A stretch of 63,637 bases of DNA, filler included, from Licmophora abbreviata (taxonomy: Eukaryota): the NCBI GenBank assembly GCA_900291995.1. It is 20 parts of 20 records of this genome, joined end to end, with 100 filler letters (N's around TTAATTAATTAA, not from the genome) between each part and the next. Parts side by side here need not be neighbours in the genome. Positions count along the whole stretch, not along the records: positions 1 to 4,242 come from OLMU01006331.1; positions 4,343 to 9,698 come from OLMU01006333.1; positions 9,799 to 15,067 come from OLMU01006334.1; 17 more parts are not named here. One strand, given 5' to 3'. Under the pieces are notes generated by a model. It was not told the origin of the DNA. It ran no database searches and saw only the letters and a program-made list of their open reading frames with translations. This document shows, one piece after another, positions 1 to 9,817 of the stretch (positions are counted from its first letter, which is position 1; each line of letters opens with the position of its first letter). The translations under genes and the position numbers were made by a program.

Positions 1-3000
1 CTCAAAGATTAGTTTATTCTCCTAAACTGTTCGTACGAACTTTAACGACGCCGAGTCCTCCATGATAGGACAGGCGCGTCGTGCCGGATAGCTCCAGCAG
101 ATCCTCCATTGGTACCTCACTGACGTTCCGTCAAGATTATGACGTGGTCTCCTCCGAGCGGGTGAGAATCACCCTGGGGAGCTCCTATCAGTAGGTGGTC
201 ACCTCCTTTCTCCGTCCCCTTGTAACCACGAGTGTAGGGCCCTTTGTAGCACCCTGGTTTCCGAGAGCTCTGCCTCCTCGAACGCCTCTCGTGCCAACCT
301 AATTGCCGCCAGCCACGTCCGCTTCTCCTGGCCTGGCATGCCCTCGACAGTTTCCTTTCCTCGGAGCAGAAAGTGTTTATCCCGAGGGTATAAGTGCTCC
401 GTTCCTAGCTCAAATTGCGTGTGTATGGCTTCCTGTATCTCCGCTGCCTCTGCCAGCTTAAGGCCATGCTTGTCCCTTTTGTGTACGATTCCGTTTCGAT
501 GTACCCACATTTGGTGAGTTGCTGTCAGTAAGTGCGTCACCAGGCCTGTCGTCCATCGCTTCATGGAGTGCTTGGACTGTTTCTCACAGTAGAAGTCCCT
601 TTGGATTGCCCGCCATTTCCGAGATACTTTGCCCTCCAACAGATTTCGCCATCCGATGCGGTCTTGCTTGGCGGCAGCTTCTTTGATCTCCGCCGGCATG
701 TCGTGGCAGGTATCTACAAACCGTGTGTCGCCGTGTCGGGCCGTGATCGTCCTCACTATACACTGCCTTATCCCTGGATGCGTGTCCGCCCCGGCTAACC
801 AGGCGTCCAGCCCCTCCACAGCTCGCTGCCAGGCCGACTCCGCTCTGTCATCTGGGCAGCGTAAGATGTGTAGGGTGTCTTCACGTTCCGCGTGGCATAG
901 CGGGCAATGGTGTGTCTCCCATTGTCCCCAACGTTCCATCATACTACCGGTCGCGCAGAATCCACTGATGAATTTGGTCGCCCAAAGTCGAAACAGCGGT
1001 GCGAACGCCTCGAAGGCGTCGCCTGCCGCTTCCCAGTCAATTGTGTCGAAGGCGGTTGCCGGTAGCCGTCCTTTTTCCGCCAGGTGGTCGCGTAGCTTCC
1101 TGCCCCATACTTCGTGTTTGATTAACGAATCCGGGGAGGTGGTGGCTTTGACCCCTTGAACCCAGCAGCTCCATCCTTCATGGCTAATGTTCTGTGGGAC
1201 AGGTACCGGCTGGAGGAAAGAGAAAGAGTGTTGTAGGTATGACTTTGCCGTGGAGTCCATCATGACGTTGAGTTGCGAGAGGCGTGGAAGAGATTCGTAG
1301 CGCTGCAGGTCATCCTGATGCCCGTAGACGTGTTGAAGCTCGATGCTGATCGGGATCTGGTCTTTCAACTGCCGGATCGCCCGGATCAAGTCGACGTGCT
1401 GGGTGCGTATCCCCACTTTCAGCCAGTCCCCATTGGAGTAGTTGACTCCGGCTTTGTTGTCACAGCCCACCGTAATGCCTCCTTGGGTGAGTTCGAAGAA
1501 TTGGCATGCCGCCTTCAGTCCCAGAAGTAAACTATGGATCCCCTGCAATTCAGATCGGTATGCGTTGACCTCGTGTGTTTGCCCTGAGGTACGACATGCC
1601 CCCCTGAACTTGGTTTCGGATCCCTCCGATTCGATGATCCAGGCCGCTGTACCCAGGCTCTCGCTGAGGAGCGGCATATACGAGCCGTCGCACGCCCCTC
1701 TCGCCGTTCCCCGGGCGAGAGCTTCGACTAGTGGGTCCCAGTTCGCCGGAAAGCTGCTGACCTGCAGTGGCCAGGTGTCGTCCCAGGAATCTATGAGCTG
1801 GCGAACTGAAGCAATCACGGGAGGAGTCGGGAGTCGGAGTGGCGCTGCACCTTCCAACACTACCTGGTGAAGGTTCGTCCCCGCCTTGACCGTCGCATAA
1901 TGGAGGGTCCCAGGAGGGTTGCCGGTAAGGGCGCCGATACGAGTAAAGGAGGTTGTCCGTAGTGCCTGGCTGTGTGTGGGAGCGTATTCCAACCACGCTC
2001 CATACTTCTGCAGGTACAGCCTTCGGTCTTCTGGGGCGTAAAACCAGTCCCATGACTTGTGTGGCTCGGCCACCCAACTGCCCAGAGAACTAAATTCCGG
2101 CAGGCGCATCGATTCTGAGGAAATCCTCCGTAGGACCCTCCGCCAGGTACGAATGTCAGAGGGACTTGGCATTTCTCTCGGCCAGTCCCATCTGCTTGGT
2201 CTCTGGAGATCCGCTTGTCGCAAGAGGATCGCTGCTGGGGAGAGGCGTGTGCCATCCCCCGTGGTTACATCTGCCAGTGTCATCGCCTCTCAAAACAACC
2301 GGCAGCGATTAAAGGATTGCAGTTCACGCGGAGTGAATCCTTGTGTGTCCATTGCCAATTCCATCAGGAAAGCGTCGCCCGTGCGTTGTCGGGTCGGTAA
2401 GGTCTGAAGTCCGATTAAGCGGATATCGTTGTCGGACAAAAATTTCCACAAACATTTTATCCAGCAATCGGTGAGTAAGAAGCCCCACGAGTCAAACGGT
2501 GCCAGCAAGAGCGGGCTGCCAATACCCACTTCCAGCTGCGCCTGCTCCAGAGAGGCTCTAAAGAGGTCTCCAGTTAAGGTGGGGATGACTCCGTGTGTCA
2601 GAACCACTTTAATGTGTTCGATGGCCTGCTCTGTGTGGGGATGGGGAAGATCCAGTCCTTGGAGACTGAAAGGGGCATGTCGGAGGTAGAGAGGGAAGGA
2701 CCTGCATAGGCCCAGTTTGCCCAGGATGCTTTTGTAGAGGGGTTTCATGATGCTGTGTGCTTGCTTCTCAGACAGGGTCGTTGCCGGGAGGGGGTATCTT
2801 AGGGAAGCCCATATCGTCGACCTTAGTCCTTGCCACGCCACTCCTCTTGGTAGCCATGCGTCCTGTAGCGCCTCGGCCCATCTTGTAGCTCTGTTTGTCA
2901 GCGTCTCCGTTTGCTGTTGCATGTTACCGTCCCAGGCTTGATCGACCCCGACTACCGTGATAGCCTCCTGTACCCCGACTCTCCGTATCTCCCCTATGTC

Positions 3001-4242
3001 TCCTTCCGGGTTCGGCACTGTCAGGACTGTCTCCTCCGGTGCATCCGCGTATCGCCACACCCCATCCCTCCAGTCAAACGCAATCAAACACCACGAGCAT
3101 TTCTCTGGTTTGAGTGCTCCACGGGACGCCCTCAGTACGCCGTGCCACGTGGATACCGCTGCCTGCATTCGTTCCACCACCACGTCCGGGGGCTCCAGGG
3201 GGTGTCGTGCGACTGTGATCAGATCCGTATCGTCCACGAACAGGAACCCGACGAAGGAGATCAGCGCGTTCGAGAGAGCGCTGCTGAGTTCCGTGGTGTG
3301 ACCCTGCGATCGTAAGGCTTGTATCAGGACAACACTTACTGCCATCCATACCGCTGGACCCCCTCCATTACCTTGGCATGCGCCTTGGAATGGGATTGTG
3401 CGTCTGCCGCCGTAAAAGGACTCCGAGTCACCGAATGCTGTCCGCAAGTAAAACTTCATGAGTTGTAGGGTCATGAGCATGGTCACTACCGTATGCGCTT
3501 CCACCCCCCAGCGCTGGCAGCATAGCGAGGCAGCGGTGTGTGTGATCCTGTCGTAGCATGTCTGGGCGTCCACAGAGGCGCATGCAGCGTTCCTGCGTTT
3601 TTGTCGAAAGAGATCCGCGGCGAAACGACGATTGAGAGCGACTTCAATCGCCTGGTGGTTTTTCCGGCTTCCGTATGCCTCCGCTGGAAGCAGCTGCCAA
3701 TCCTCCGCCCATGTCATCATCCTGCTCCCGAAAATGGCTTTGTTGAAGAAGTTGAAATCCGCTTCCATGAGGAGAATCGCACGTAGTTTGTCGACTCTGA
3801 TCACCCCCTCCGATTTCTCCAACATAACCGATAGTCCGGCCTGCCAGCGGGGAAAACTATGGCCCGTGTGGCTAGCAATGTCCGTAAATAGGGCGTGAAT
3901 CTCGCTGATAAAATCGTTTCTGGCCGCGGGTTTCCAGTGACCAAAGTGTAGGCCGGAGATCGAGGATGACGTCTTCTCCCGTGCCTTTCGCCAGTACGCC
4001 TGGAAGTCTTGCCTCGTGATGTCCGCGCTGACTCCCTCATCTCCTCTTGGCACGGGCCGTTTCATGCCTTCGATGAACATTCTGGTGAACTGGTCAGTCC
4101 CTGGAGGACAGGTAAATTGTCCCTCTAGAATCTGTTGGGCCGCCGCCGAGATTCCCAAGAAGCCTAGTCGGTCGCGGAGAGGGTTCTGCATGAGAGGTGT
4201 TTGCTCCGTCAGACGGAACCGATGTACATTGTTGGCCATGAT
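1..4242 (-). mobile_element. Non-LTR retrotransposon (LINE) 3' part with RT, RNase H and C-terminal Zn motif; resembles diatom Ambal-type elements
   Basis: RT motifs KLRAILLMEADFN, DAQTCYDRI, FQGACQGNGGGP and FVDDTDL; RNase H motifs CDGS, RSELQG, GCDN, HVYGHQD and NVMMD; CPLC-x7-H-x3-C. The Ambal assignment comes from recalled family features, not from a search. Confidence 0.85.
199..4239 (-). pseudogene. LINE ORF2 (RT-RNase H), 5'-truncated, with one in-frame TGA
   Basis: ORFs 2290..4239 and 199..2283 share a frame and are separated only by TGA at 2292-2290 (CRLF*EAMTLAD). Confidence 0.8.
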
Positions 4243-4342
4243 NNNNNNNNNNNNNNNNNNNNNNNNNNNNNNNNNNNNNNNNNNNNTTAATTAATTAANN
4301 NNNNNNNNNNNNNNNNNNNNNNNNNNNNNNNNNNNNNNNNNN
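4243..4342. other. Artificial contig-joining spacer (first of 19)
   Basis: N-run, TTAATTAATTAA, N-run, 100 nt in total, with stops in all frames. The same spacer starts near 9699, 15068, 20280, 22672, 24290, 25622, 30658, 35654, 37633, 39727, 41050, 43194, 47943, 52608, 56267, 58294, 59829 and 62126. Confidence 0.99.
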
Positions 4343-4376
4343 AAGTGCTTCAACGGCAGCACCGATCTTCCAAACC

Positions 4377-6416
4377 ATGGAAGTACCCGTGCCGCCGCTG
4401 GTGAATCCGGGAGCGGTCCCGCTCTCGGATTACACGGCTTTCTACAACGACGATTCTAAGGATCACGCGGGAGGAGATTACGCTGGGATGATGGGAACGT
4501 TCTTGGTTCCCATGCACGGCGCGCCACCTCCCCTCACGATAGCCACAGCGGTCTATCAGTCCGCAACGGTCGATCCGCAGGCGTTCTTGCTGTTGGTCAC
4601 AGAGCCCGGTCACCTTGAAGGCCGGGTCATGGTTTTCCATCGGCTACAGCGTTTCGACCCTCAGTTGGGTAGGGAAACACCGTTCGACGGGCAAGGATTT
4701 GCGTTTGTGGGAGATGTGGTACGCGGCCAAGCGCCGCCGACGGTAGTCTGGGAAGCGACGAACTTCCATCAAGTGAATGGTGGGGGCGTGCGGGTTCCCA
4801 CCAGGGCAACCATCGACCAGGAACTTGCCGATCCCGGCCTTACCGTGTTCGACCCACCGGATCCTGATGACGCAGCTACGGACGTTGTCCGGGTGCGCAA
4901 CTCGGTACTGTTACCGTTCCGTTACGTGAAGTTCCTGCTTCCTGGGCCACTCACTCCGAGGGAAGCGTGGGAACAAGTCGCTGCCGTCATCGTCAACGAC
5001 GGCAACGAAGAGGTGTGCAAGCCAGTGTTGGACTGGCTTCGGGTAGCGTTGGTCCGGGATCATGGGGCTCAGGCCTCGCGCTTGGGCCGGGCGTTGCCTA
5101 CGGTGCCTCTAGCCCTGCCGGCGTTGACCGAGAGGCGTTGGGATCTCGTCACCAGGGATCTCCCAGCGCTCGGTACAGGTGCCACGCTGGCCGCAGGTAA
5201 TGCTATCGCGGCGGGCTTGAACAGTCTTGTGGCTGACAATCGAGCCAGCCGTCAAGCCGACCTAGCCACGCGCTTAGCCGACAGCGTAAAGACCCCGACG
5301 AAATACTTCGGGGCCGTAGGAGTCGCCAAGTTACTTCGGGTCTGCCAGGTGGCAGACGAGGCGAGCCTCCCGGCGGTCTGGAAGGATCTAGCGAGGTCTC
5401 CCAAGAAGCAGGACATTCTAGTCCTGCAGCAAGCCTTTAACGCGATGGCTCAAGACCAGCTGGGCTTACCGGGAAGCGACGTGCCGATCACCCCGGACAT
5501 CACCTCCAAGATCCGAAACCTGGCTTTCGAGATGACAAACGAGGAGGACCTGTCCACGGGACTGCACTGTTTCACGTTCGGTTACCAGAACGCGGTAGAG
5601 CGAGCGGCTGCATACGAGTTGGTGGAACGCTACCAACTGATGCAGCAGGGCCAAGGCGCACCTAGCTTAGCCGAAGCGGCATCGTTCAACCACTCGGCGG
5701 TGAGTGGGAAGTTACCGCAGACGCTCACGGAGAGCAGCATTTGCTTCACGAATACGCGGGTCGCCTTACACGTGTTACTCTCGAGCACGCATCCGTTGGT
5801 ACTGGCCTACGATCAGTTTTGGCGGGCGTGGGGTTCCAGTCAGGCACACCTACTAAACGTCCGGACGCGCCACCCGGGCATGCTACCGGCTCTGACGGTG
5901 CGTTGGGTGCAGCTACGGCTGTCTCTTTGGTTCGCCCAGCAGGCGACAGCCAACGCGGCAGTGGCGGCACCGGATTTTGTCCGTCTGCTCCACGATATTC
6001 GGCTCCAGACAGCGTGGGAACCTACGTTGCCGGGCCGTTTCTACGAGAACCCACCTGCCCAGGCTCCACTGGGGGGGCCAGCCGCCGCGCCATCGCCAGC
6101 CGGGAACCCACCGGCCCCTGGTCCGGCCGCCGGTGAGCCGCGATCTCACCCGGTGCGCAACACCGCCATGAACCCGGTCTTCGCTCCGTTTGGAGCGCTG
6201 CCAGTGCGAATCCTGGAGGTGCTGTCTAGGGCAGGATCGGGGAACCGACCACCTCGGAACGCGAATGGTTCCGAGGCATGCCTGTCCTACCACGTGAAGG
6301 GCATCTGCAACTCAGACTGCCGCCGACGCGACGACCACCGGGCGTACAGCGAGGCGGAGGACACAGCGCTGCTGGAGTGGTGTCGGCAGCACTACACCGA
6401 ACCACCTAGCAGCTAG
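4377..6416 (+). CDS. Gag-like protein with C-terminal CCCH-type zinc finger
   Basis: 679 aa ATG-initiated ORF with CLSYHVKGICNSDCRRRDDH near the C-terminus; strongly conserved with 43296..44451. Confidence 0.8.
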   Translation: MEVPVPPLVNPGAVPLSDYTAFYNDDSKDHAGGDYAGMMGTFLVPMHGAPPPLTIATAVYQSATVDPQAFLLLVTEPGHLEGRVMVFHRLQRFDPQLGRETPFDGQGFAFVGDVVRGQAPPTVVWEATNFHQVNGGGVRVPTRATIDQELADPGLTVFDPPDPDDAATDVVRVRNSVLLPFRYVKFLLPGPLTPREAWEQVAAVIVNDGNEEVCKPVLDWLRVALVRDHGAQASRLGRALPTVPLALPALTERRWDLVTRDLPALGTGATLAAGNAIAAGLNSLVADNRASRQADLATRLADSVKTPTKYFGAVGVAKLLRVCQVADEASLPAVWKDLARSPKKQDILVLQQAFNAMAQDQLGLPGSDVPITPDITSKIRNLAFEMTNEEDLSTGLHCFTFGYQNAVERAAAYELVERYQLMQQGQGAPSLAEAASFNHSAVSGKLPQTLTESSICFTNTRVALHVLLSSTHPLVLAYDQFWRAWGSSQAHLLNVRTRHPGMLPALTVRWVQLRLSLWFAQQATANAAVAAPDFVRLLHDIRLQTAWEPTLPGRFYENPPAQAPLGGPAAAPSPAGNPPAPGPAAGEPRSHPVRNTAMNPVFAPFGALPVRILEVLSRAGSGNRPPRNANGSEACLSYHVKGICNSDCRRRDDHRAYSEAEDTALLEWCRQHYTEPPSS

Positions 6417-6479
6417 GATGGAGGCGGGGGGGGACTGCGTGTATTTACGCAGTCCCCTCTGACGCCGCCCCCTGCATCC
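6414..6479 (+). promoter_or_regulatory. UAG plus stem-loop, candidate gag-pol readthrough signal (copy 1)
   Basis: TAG at 6414-6416; 11-bp stem 6430-6440 with 6447-6457; outer pairings GGCGG/CCGCC and GGATG/CATCC; pol is in the gag frame. Confidence 0.7.
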
Positions 6480-8870
6480 GCTCGACCAGCACCGCCGACG
6501 ACAACCACGACGACGACACGAAAACGAAAACACGTATCGGTGCAACAGCGATCTCAGGAGGCCACGGAACAGACTAACCCACTACGTAAGTACATGTTGA
6601 GAGACTCTCTTTTATTAGCTAGGCATGGCTGGCGATCCTTCGTCAATCAACGCCGCGGGCCAGGTGATTTTGGCGCCCTCAACATCGTCCATCCAGCCAA
6701 GCACCTTCTCCAACACCTTTCCAAGGCCGGGGCACCTGTCCTGTTTACAACGCCGCCCTGGGATCCACACCGAATCCACGCAGCCGCTATACGCGGCCCC
6801 CACAAGTCGGCCCTAGATCACGCCGATTTCCTACGACACGAAATGGCGGACATGATCCTCCGCAACCAATGGGTGGTCCTACCGTACGACACGGTTAAGG
6901 GACTACCGGGACTCCGACTCAGTCCGATCGGCGTCGTACCACAGCGGGACCGCCGCCCCCGTACGATAGTCGACTACACGTTCCATGGCGTGAACGACGA
7001 GACTCTGCGCCTCGCCCCATCCGAAGCCATGCGCTTCGGACAAGCATTCCAACGTCTCCTTGTGGCGATTGTCAATGCCGACCCCCGCCACGGGCCCGTG
7101 CACCTGTGCAAAATCGACATTGCCGACGGGTTCTATCGGGTTAAACTACGTACAGAAGACATTCCGAAGCTGGGGGTCAGCTTCCCCTCCGAGGTCGCTG
7201 GCCAGCACATCGTCGCGTTCCCACTCGTACTTCCTATGGGCTGGGTCAGCAGCCCTCCCTACTTCTGCGCGGCCACCGAGACGGTCGCTGATGTTACCAA
7301 CCTCCGAATCGAACGGGGTCACCGGCCGCCATCCCACCGGCTCGACCGGCTCGCCGAGACGGCCGCGCCCAAAGCACCGGACACTACATCACGACGCGGC
7401 ATCAACCATACAGCAGTTCCGCTAGATCCGAGTGCACCGCTACCTACGGAACACCGACGCCGCCCCCTCGGCCTGTTCGAAGTATATATCGACGATTTCT
7501 GCGGGTTGGCACAAGGCGGCCGGAAGCGCCGGCGCCGCCTCCGCCGCACCCTGTTCCATGTCCTCGATGAAGTATTCCGGCCACTGACGCACGACGACCC
7601 ACCGACCAGACAGGAACCCATCTCGGTCAAGAAACTTCGGAAAGGAGACGGCGACTGGGCCACCCGAAAAGTGCTGCTCGGATGGCTCGTTGACACTGTC
7701 GCCGGCACCCTCGAGCTTCCCCAACACCGCATCGACCGTCTCCACACTCTCCTGGACTCCGTGCCTCCCCACCAGCAGCGTGTCTCGCTGCGCAAATGGC
7801 ATCAGCTCCTGGGCGAACTCCGCTCCATGGCCTTAGCCATCCCTGGCGCCAGAGGTCTATTCAGTCACCTCCAAGCGGCGCTACGAGAACCCAGCGCCGG
7901 GCGCATCCGGGTTTCCAGCCATGTCCACGCCACATTAGACGATTTTCGGTGGCTGGCGCGAAGCCTGGAGACCCGACCGACGCGGTTACGGGAGCTTGTC
8001 GCCACGCCACCAACCATTCACGGTACGACCGACGCTAGCGGTGCAGGCCAAGGCGGGGTCATTCTCCCTCCGCCCAGACACGTACCCCGGCGTCACTCCC
8101 ATCACCCAGACGCGCCCCTGGTGTGGCGCGCACCCTTTCCCTCCGACATCCAGGCCAATCTCGTGTCCTACGACAACCCTCAGGGTACCATCACCAACTC
8201 CGACCTCGAGCTCACGGCGACTGTCATCCAACATGATATCCTCGCACAACACTTCGACACGCGGGAGCGCACCGTGCATACCGGCACGGACAACACGCCC
8301 GCCTTTTTCTGGCAGCGCCGAGGATCCACCTCCACCAACACTGCCGCGGCGTACCTCCTTCGTCTTCAAGCTCTCCACCAGCGATACCACCGCTATGTAC
8401 CGACTCACTCCTACTTGCCGGGAGTGCTCAATGCCATGGCGGATGATGCCTCCCGCCTGTGGCACCTTGACGACACTGCGTTGCTCACACACTTTGATTC
8501 CCTGTATCCCCAGCGCCTGCCGTGGCAACTCTGCCAGCCCTCGTCCGCGATGCTTTCTGCCGCGACCTCCGCGCTGCGAAAGCGGCGGCCCGTGCCGGAA
8601 TCGTTTCTTCTCGCGCCAACTCAGCCGATTCACACTGGCGCACATGGACCCACTTTTGCCAGTCCCTCCACCTGGATCCTACCCTCAAGGAAATCGAAGA
8701 TCCATCTGCCATCCTCCAAGTCTACATGCAACGCTACCGCACCGGCCAAATTGCTCCCCGTCACCAGCCTGTCAGAGCTCGAACGGTGGAGGACTCACTC
8801 CGTGCCGTCGGCCAAGCCTTTGCGACCATGGGGGCCGACGACCCACGCCTCAACACTTTCGGGAAAATAG
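6417..8870 (+). CDS. Reverse transcriptase plus RNase H (pol) of the YR retrotransposon
   Basis: RT motifs KIDIADGFY, LPMGWVSSP, YIDDF and LLGW; RNase H motifs TDASG, DLEL, TDNT and NAMADDASR. The frame is open from directly after the gag TAG. Confidence 0.9.
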   Translation, partial: DGGGGGLRVFTQSPLTPPPASARPAPPTTTTTTTRKRKHVSVQQRSQEATEQTNPLRKYMLRDSLLLARHGWRSFVNQRRGPGDFGALNIVHPAKHLLQHLSKAGAPVLFTTPPWDPHRIHAAAIRGPHKSALDHADFLRHEMADMILRNQWVVLPYDTVKGLPGLRLSPIGVVPQRDRRPRTIVDYTFHGVNDETLRLAPSEAMRFGQAFQRLLVAIVNADPRHGPVHLCKIDIADGFYRVKLRTEDIPKLGVSFPSEVAGQHIVAFPLVLPMGWVSSPPYFCAATETVADVTNLRIERGHRPPSHRLDRLAETAAPKAPDTTSRRGINHTAVPLDPSAPLPTEHRRRPLGLFEVYIDDFCGLAQGGRKRRRRLRRTLFHVLDEVFRPLTHDDPPTRQEPISVKKLRKGDGDWATRKVLLGWLVDTVAGTLELPQHRIDRLHTLLDSVPPHQQRVSLRKWHQLLGELRSMALAIPGARGLFSHLQAALREPSAGRIRVSSHVHATLDDFRWLARSLETRPTRLRELVATPPTIHGTTDASGAGQGGVILPPPRHVPRRHSHHPDAPLVWRAPFPSDIQANLVSYDNPQGTITNSDLELTATVIQHDILAQHFDTRERTVHTGTDNTPAFFWQRRGSTSTNTAAAYLLRLQALHQRYHRYVPTHSYLPGVLNAMADDASRLWHLDDTALLTHFDSLYPQRLPWQLCQPSSAMLSAATSALRKRRPVPESFLLAPTQPIHTGAHGPTFASPSTWILPSRKSKIHLPSSKSTCNATAPAKLLPVTSLSELERWRTHSVPSAKPLRPWGPTTHASTLSGK

Positions 8871-9673
8871 ACTTCCGTATCCAACGCCAACTCGCTGGAT
8901 ACAAACGGCAGGACCCGCCGCCTGACCGGGTCAAACCGATCCCGCTTCAAATCGTTCGGCACGTCCTCCAAGTCGCCTTCTCCGACAACAACTCTATCGG
9001 CAACCAAGCGATCGCAGACATGATCGTTCTTGCCTTCTTCTTCCTTCTTCGACCCGGCGAGTACACCGGCAAGCCCTCCGACACGACTCCTTTCAAGCTA
9101 CAGGACGTTCAACTCTACATCGGCCAACGGCGCTACCTCGCGACAACCATCCCTCTTGCCGATCTGCCCCGGGCCACCTTTGCTACGCTCACGTTCACCA
9201 ACCAAAAGAACGGTGTCCGCAACGAGGTCATCGGGCTGGGCCGCAGCGGCGAACCGCTGCTTTGCCCAGTCTTGGCTCTCACTCGACGTATCGAGCACCT
9301 CCGCCGTTCCACGGCTTCTCCCGACACACCGCTGGCCACTTATTACGAAATAGGCCACGCCCAACCGGTCGCCCCCAAGGACATCACCGCCGCCCTCCGC
9401 ATCAGCACTGCCATCGTTGGTCCCACCGTCGGCTTCCTTCCCGGCGACATCACCGCGCGCTCCCTGCGCGCAGGCGGCGCTATGGCACTGCTATGCGCCG
9501 ACGTCGATTCTGACCGCATTCGACTCATCGGCCGCTGGCGCAGTGACGAAATGCTCCGCTACCTACACGTACAAGCCGAACCCCTCATGCGTCACTTCGC
9601 CCGCCGCATGCTCCAAGGCGGTGACTTCACACTCCTTCCAAATCAGACAGTCCCTATCCATCCTGTCACTTAA
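8522..9673 (+). CDS. Tyrosine recombinase
   Basis: FFFLLRPGEY (Arg), QKN (Lys), ARSLRAGGA and IGRWRSDEMLRYL (Trp, Tyr); overlaps pol by 349 nt; start codon uncertain (GTG). Confidence 0.9.
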   Translation: MATLPALVRDAFCRDLRAAKAAARAGIVSSRANSADSHWRTWTHFCQSLHLDPTLKEIEDPSAILQVYMQRYRTGQIAPRHQPVRARTVEDSLRAVGQAFATMGADDPRLNTFGKIDFRIQRQLAGYKRQDPPPDRVKPIPLQIVRHVLQVAFSDNNSIGNQAIADMIVLAFFFLLRPGEYTGKPSDTTPFKLQDVQLYIGQRRYLATTIPLADLPRATFATLTFTNQKNGVRNEVIGLGRSGEPLLCPVLALTRRIEHLRRSTASPDTPLATYYEIGHAQPVAPKDITAALRISTAIVGPTVGFLPGDITARSLRAGGAMALLCADVDSDRIRLIGRWRSDEMLRYLHVQAEPLMRHFARRMLQGGDFTLLPNQTVPIHPVT

Positions 9674-9817
9674 CTACAACAAAAACAAAAAACAAAATNN
9701 NNNNNNNNNNNNNNNNNNNNNNNNNNNNNNNNNNNNNNNNNNTTAATTAATTAANNNNNNNNNNNNNNNNNNNNNNNNNNNNNNNNNNNNNNNNNNNNAT
9801 TTCCTCAACAAAGCAAG

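Larger units (their letters stand above)
4343..9698 (+). mobile_element. Tyrosine-recombinase retrotransposon (DIRS order, Ngaro-like), copy 1, coding region apparently intact
   Basis: Order is gag-like ORF, RT/RNase H ORF, then an overlapping tyrosine recombinase ORF. No DDE integrase or protease is recognisable. An A-rich tract follows the YR stop. Confidence 0.9.

Noticed and set aside
2290..2292. In-frame TGA in the LINE as recoding or a two-ORF design
   Set aside because: Only one copy is available, the stop falls mid-protein and it is one substitution from a sense codon.
4243..4342. Regularly recurring TTAATTAATTAA motif as a biological repeat or CRISPR-like array
   Set aside because: It is always embedded in fixed-length N-runs and is an assembly linker. 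ORF tails ending in X or LIN are artefacts of it.
7996..8925. 309-aa third-frame ORF and long antisense ORFs over the YR elements
   Set aside because: Not preserved as one ORF in copy 2, low-complexity Pro/Arg/Ser content, and expected in GC-rich coding DNA.
4343..9698. RT plus recombinase as a prokaryotic retron, DGR or phage integrase system
   Set aside because: The gag, RT/RNase H, YR order and the eukaryotic context fit DIRS-order retrotransposons; no template repeat or retron ncRNA was seen.
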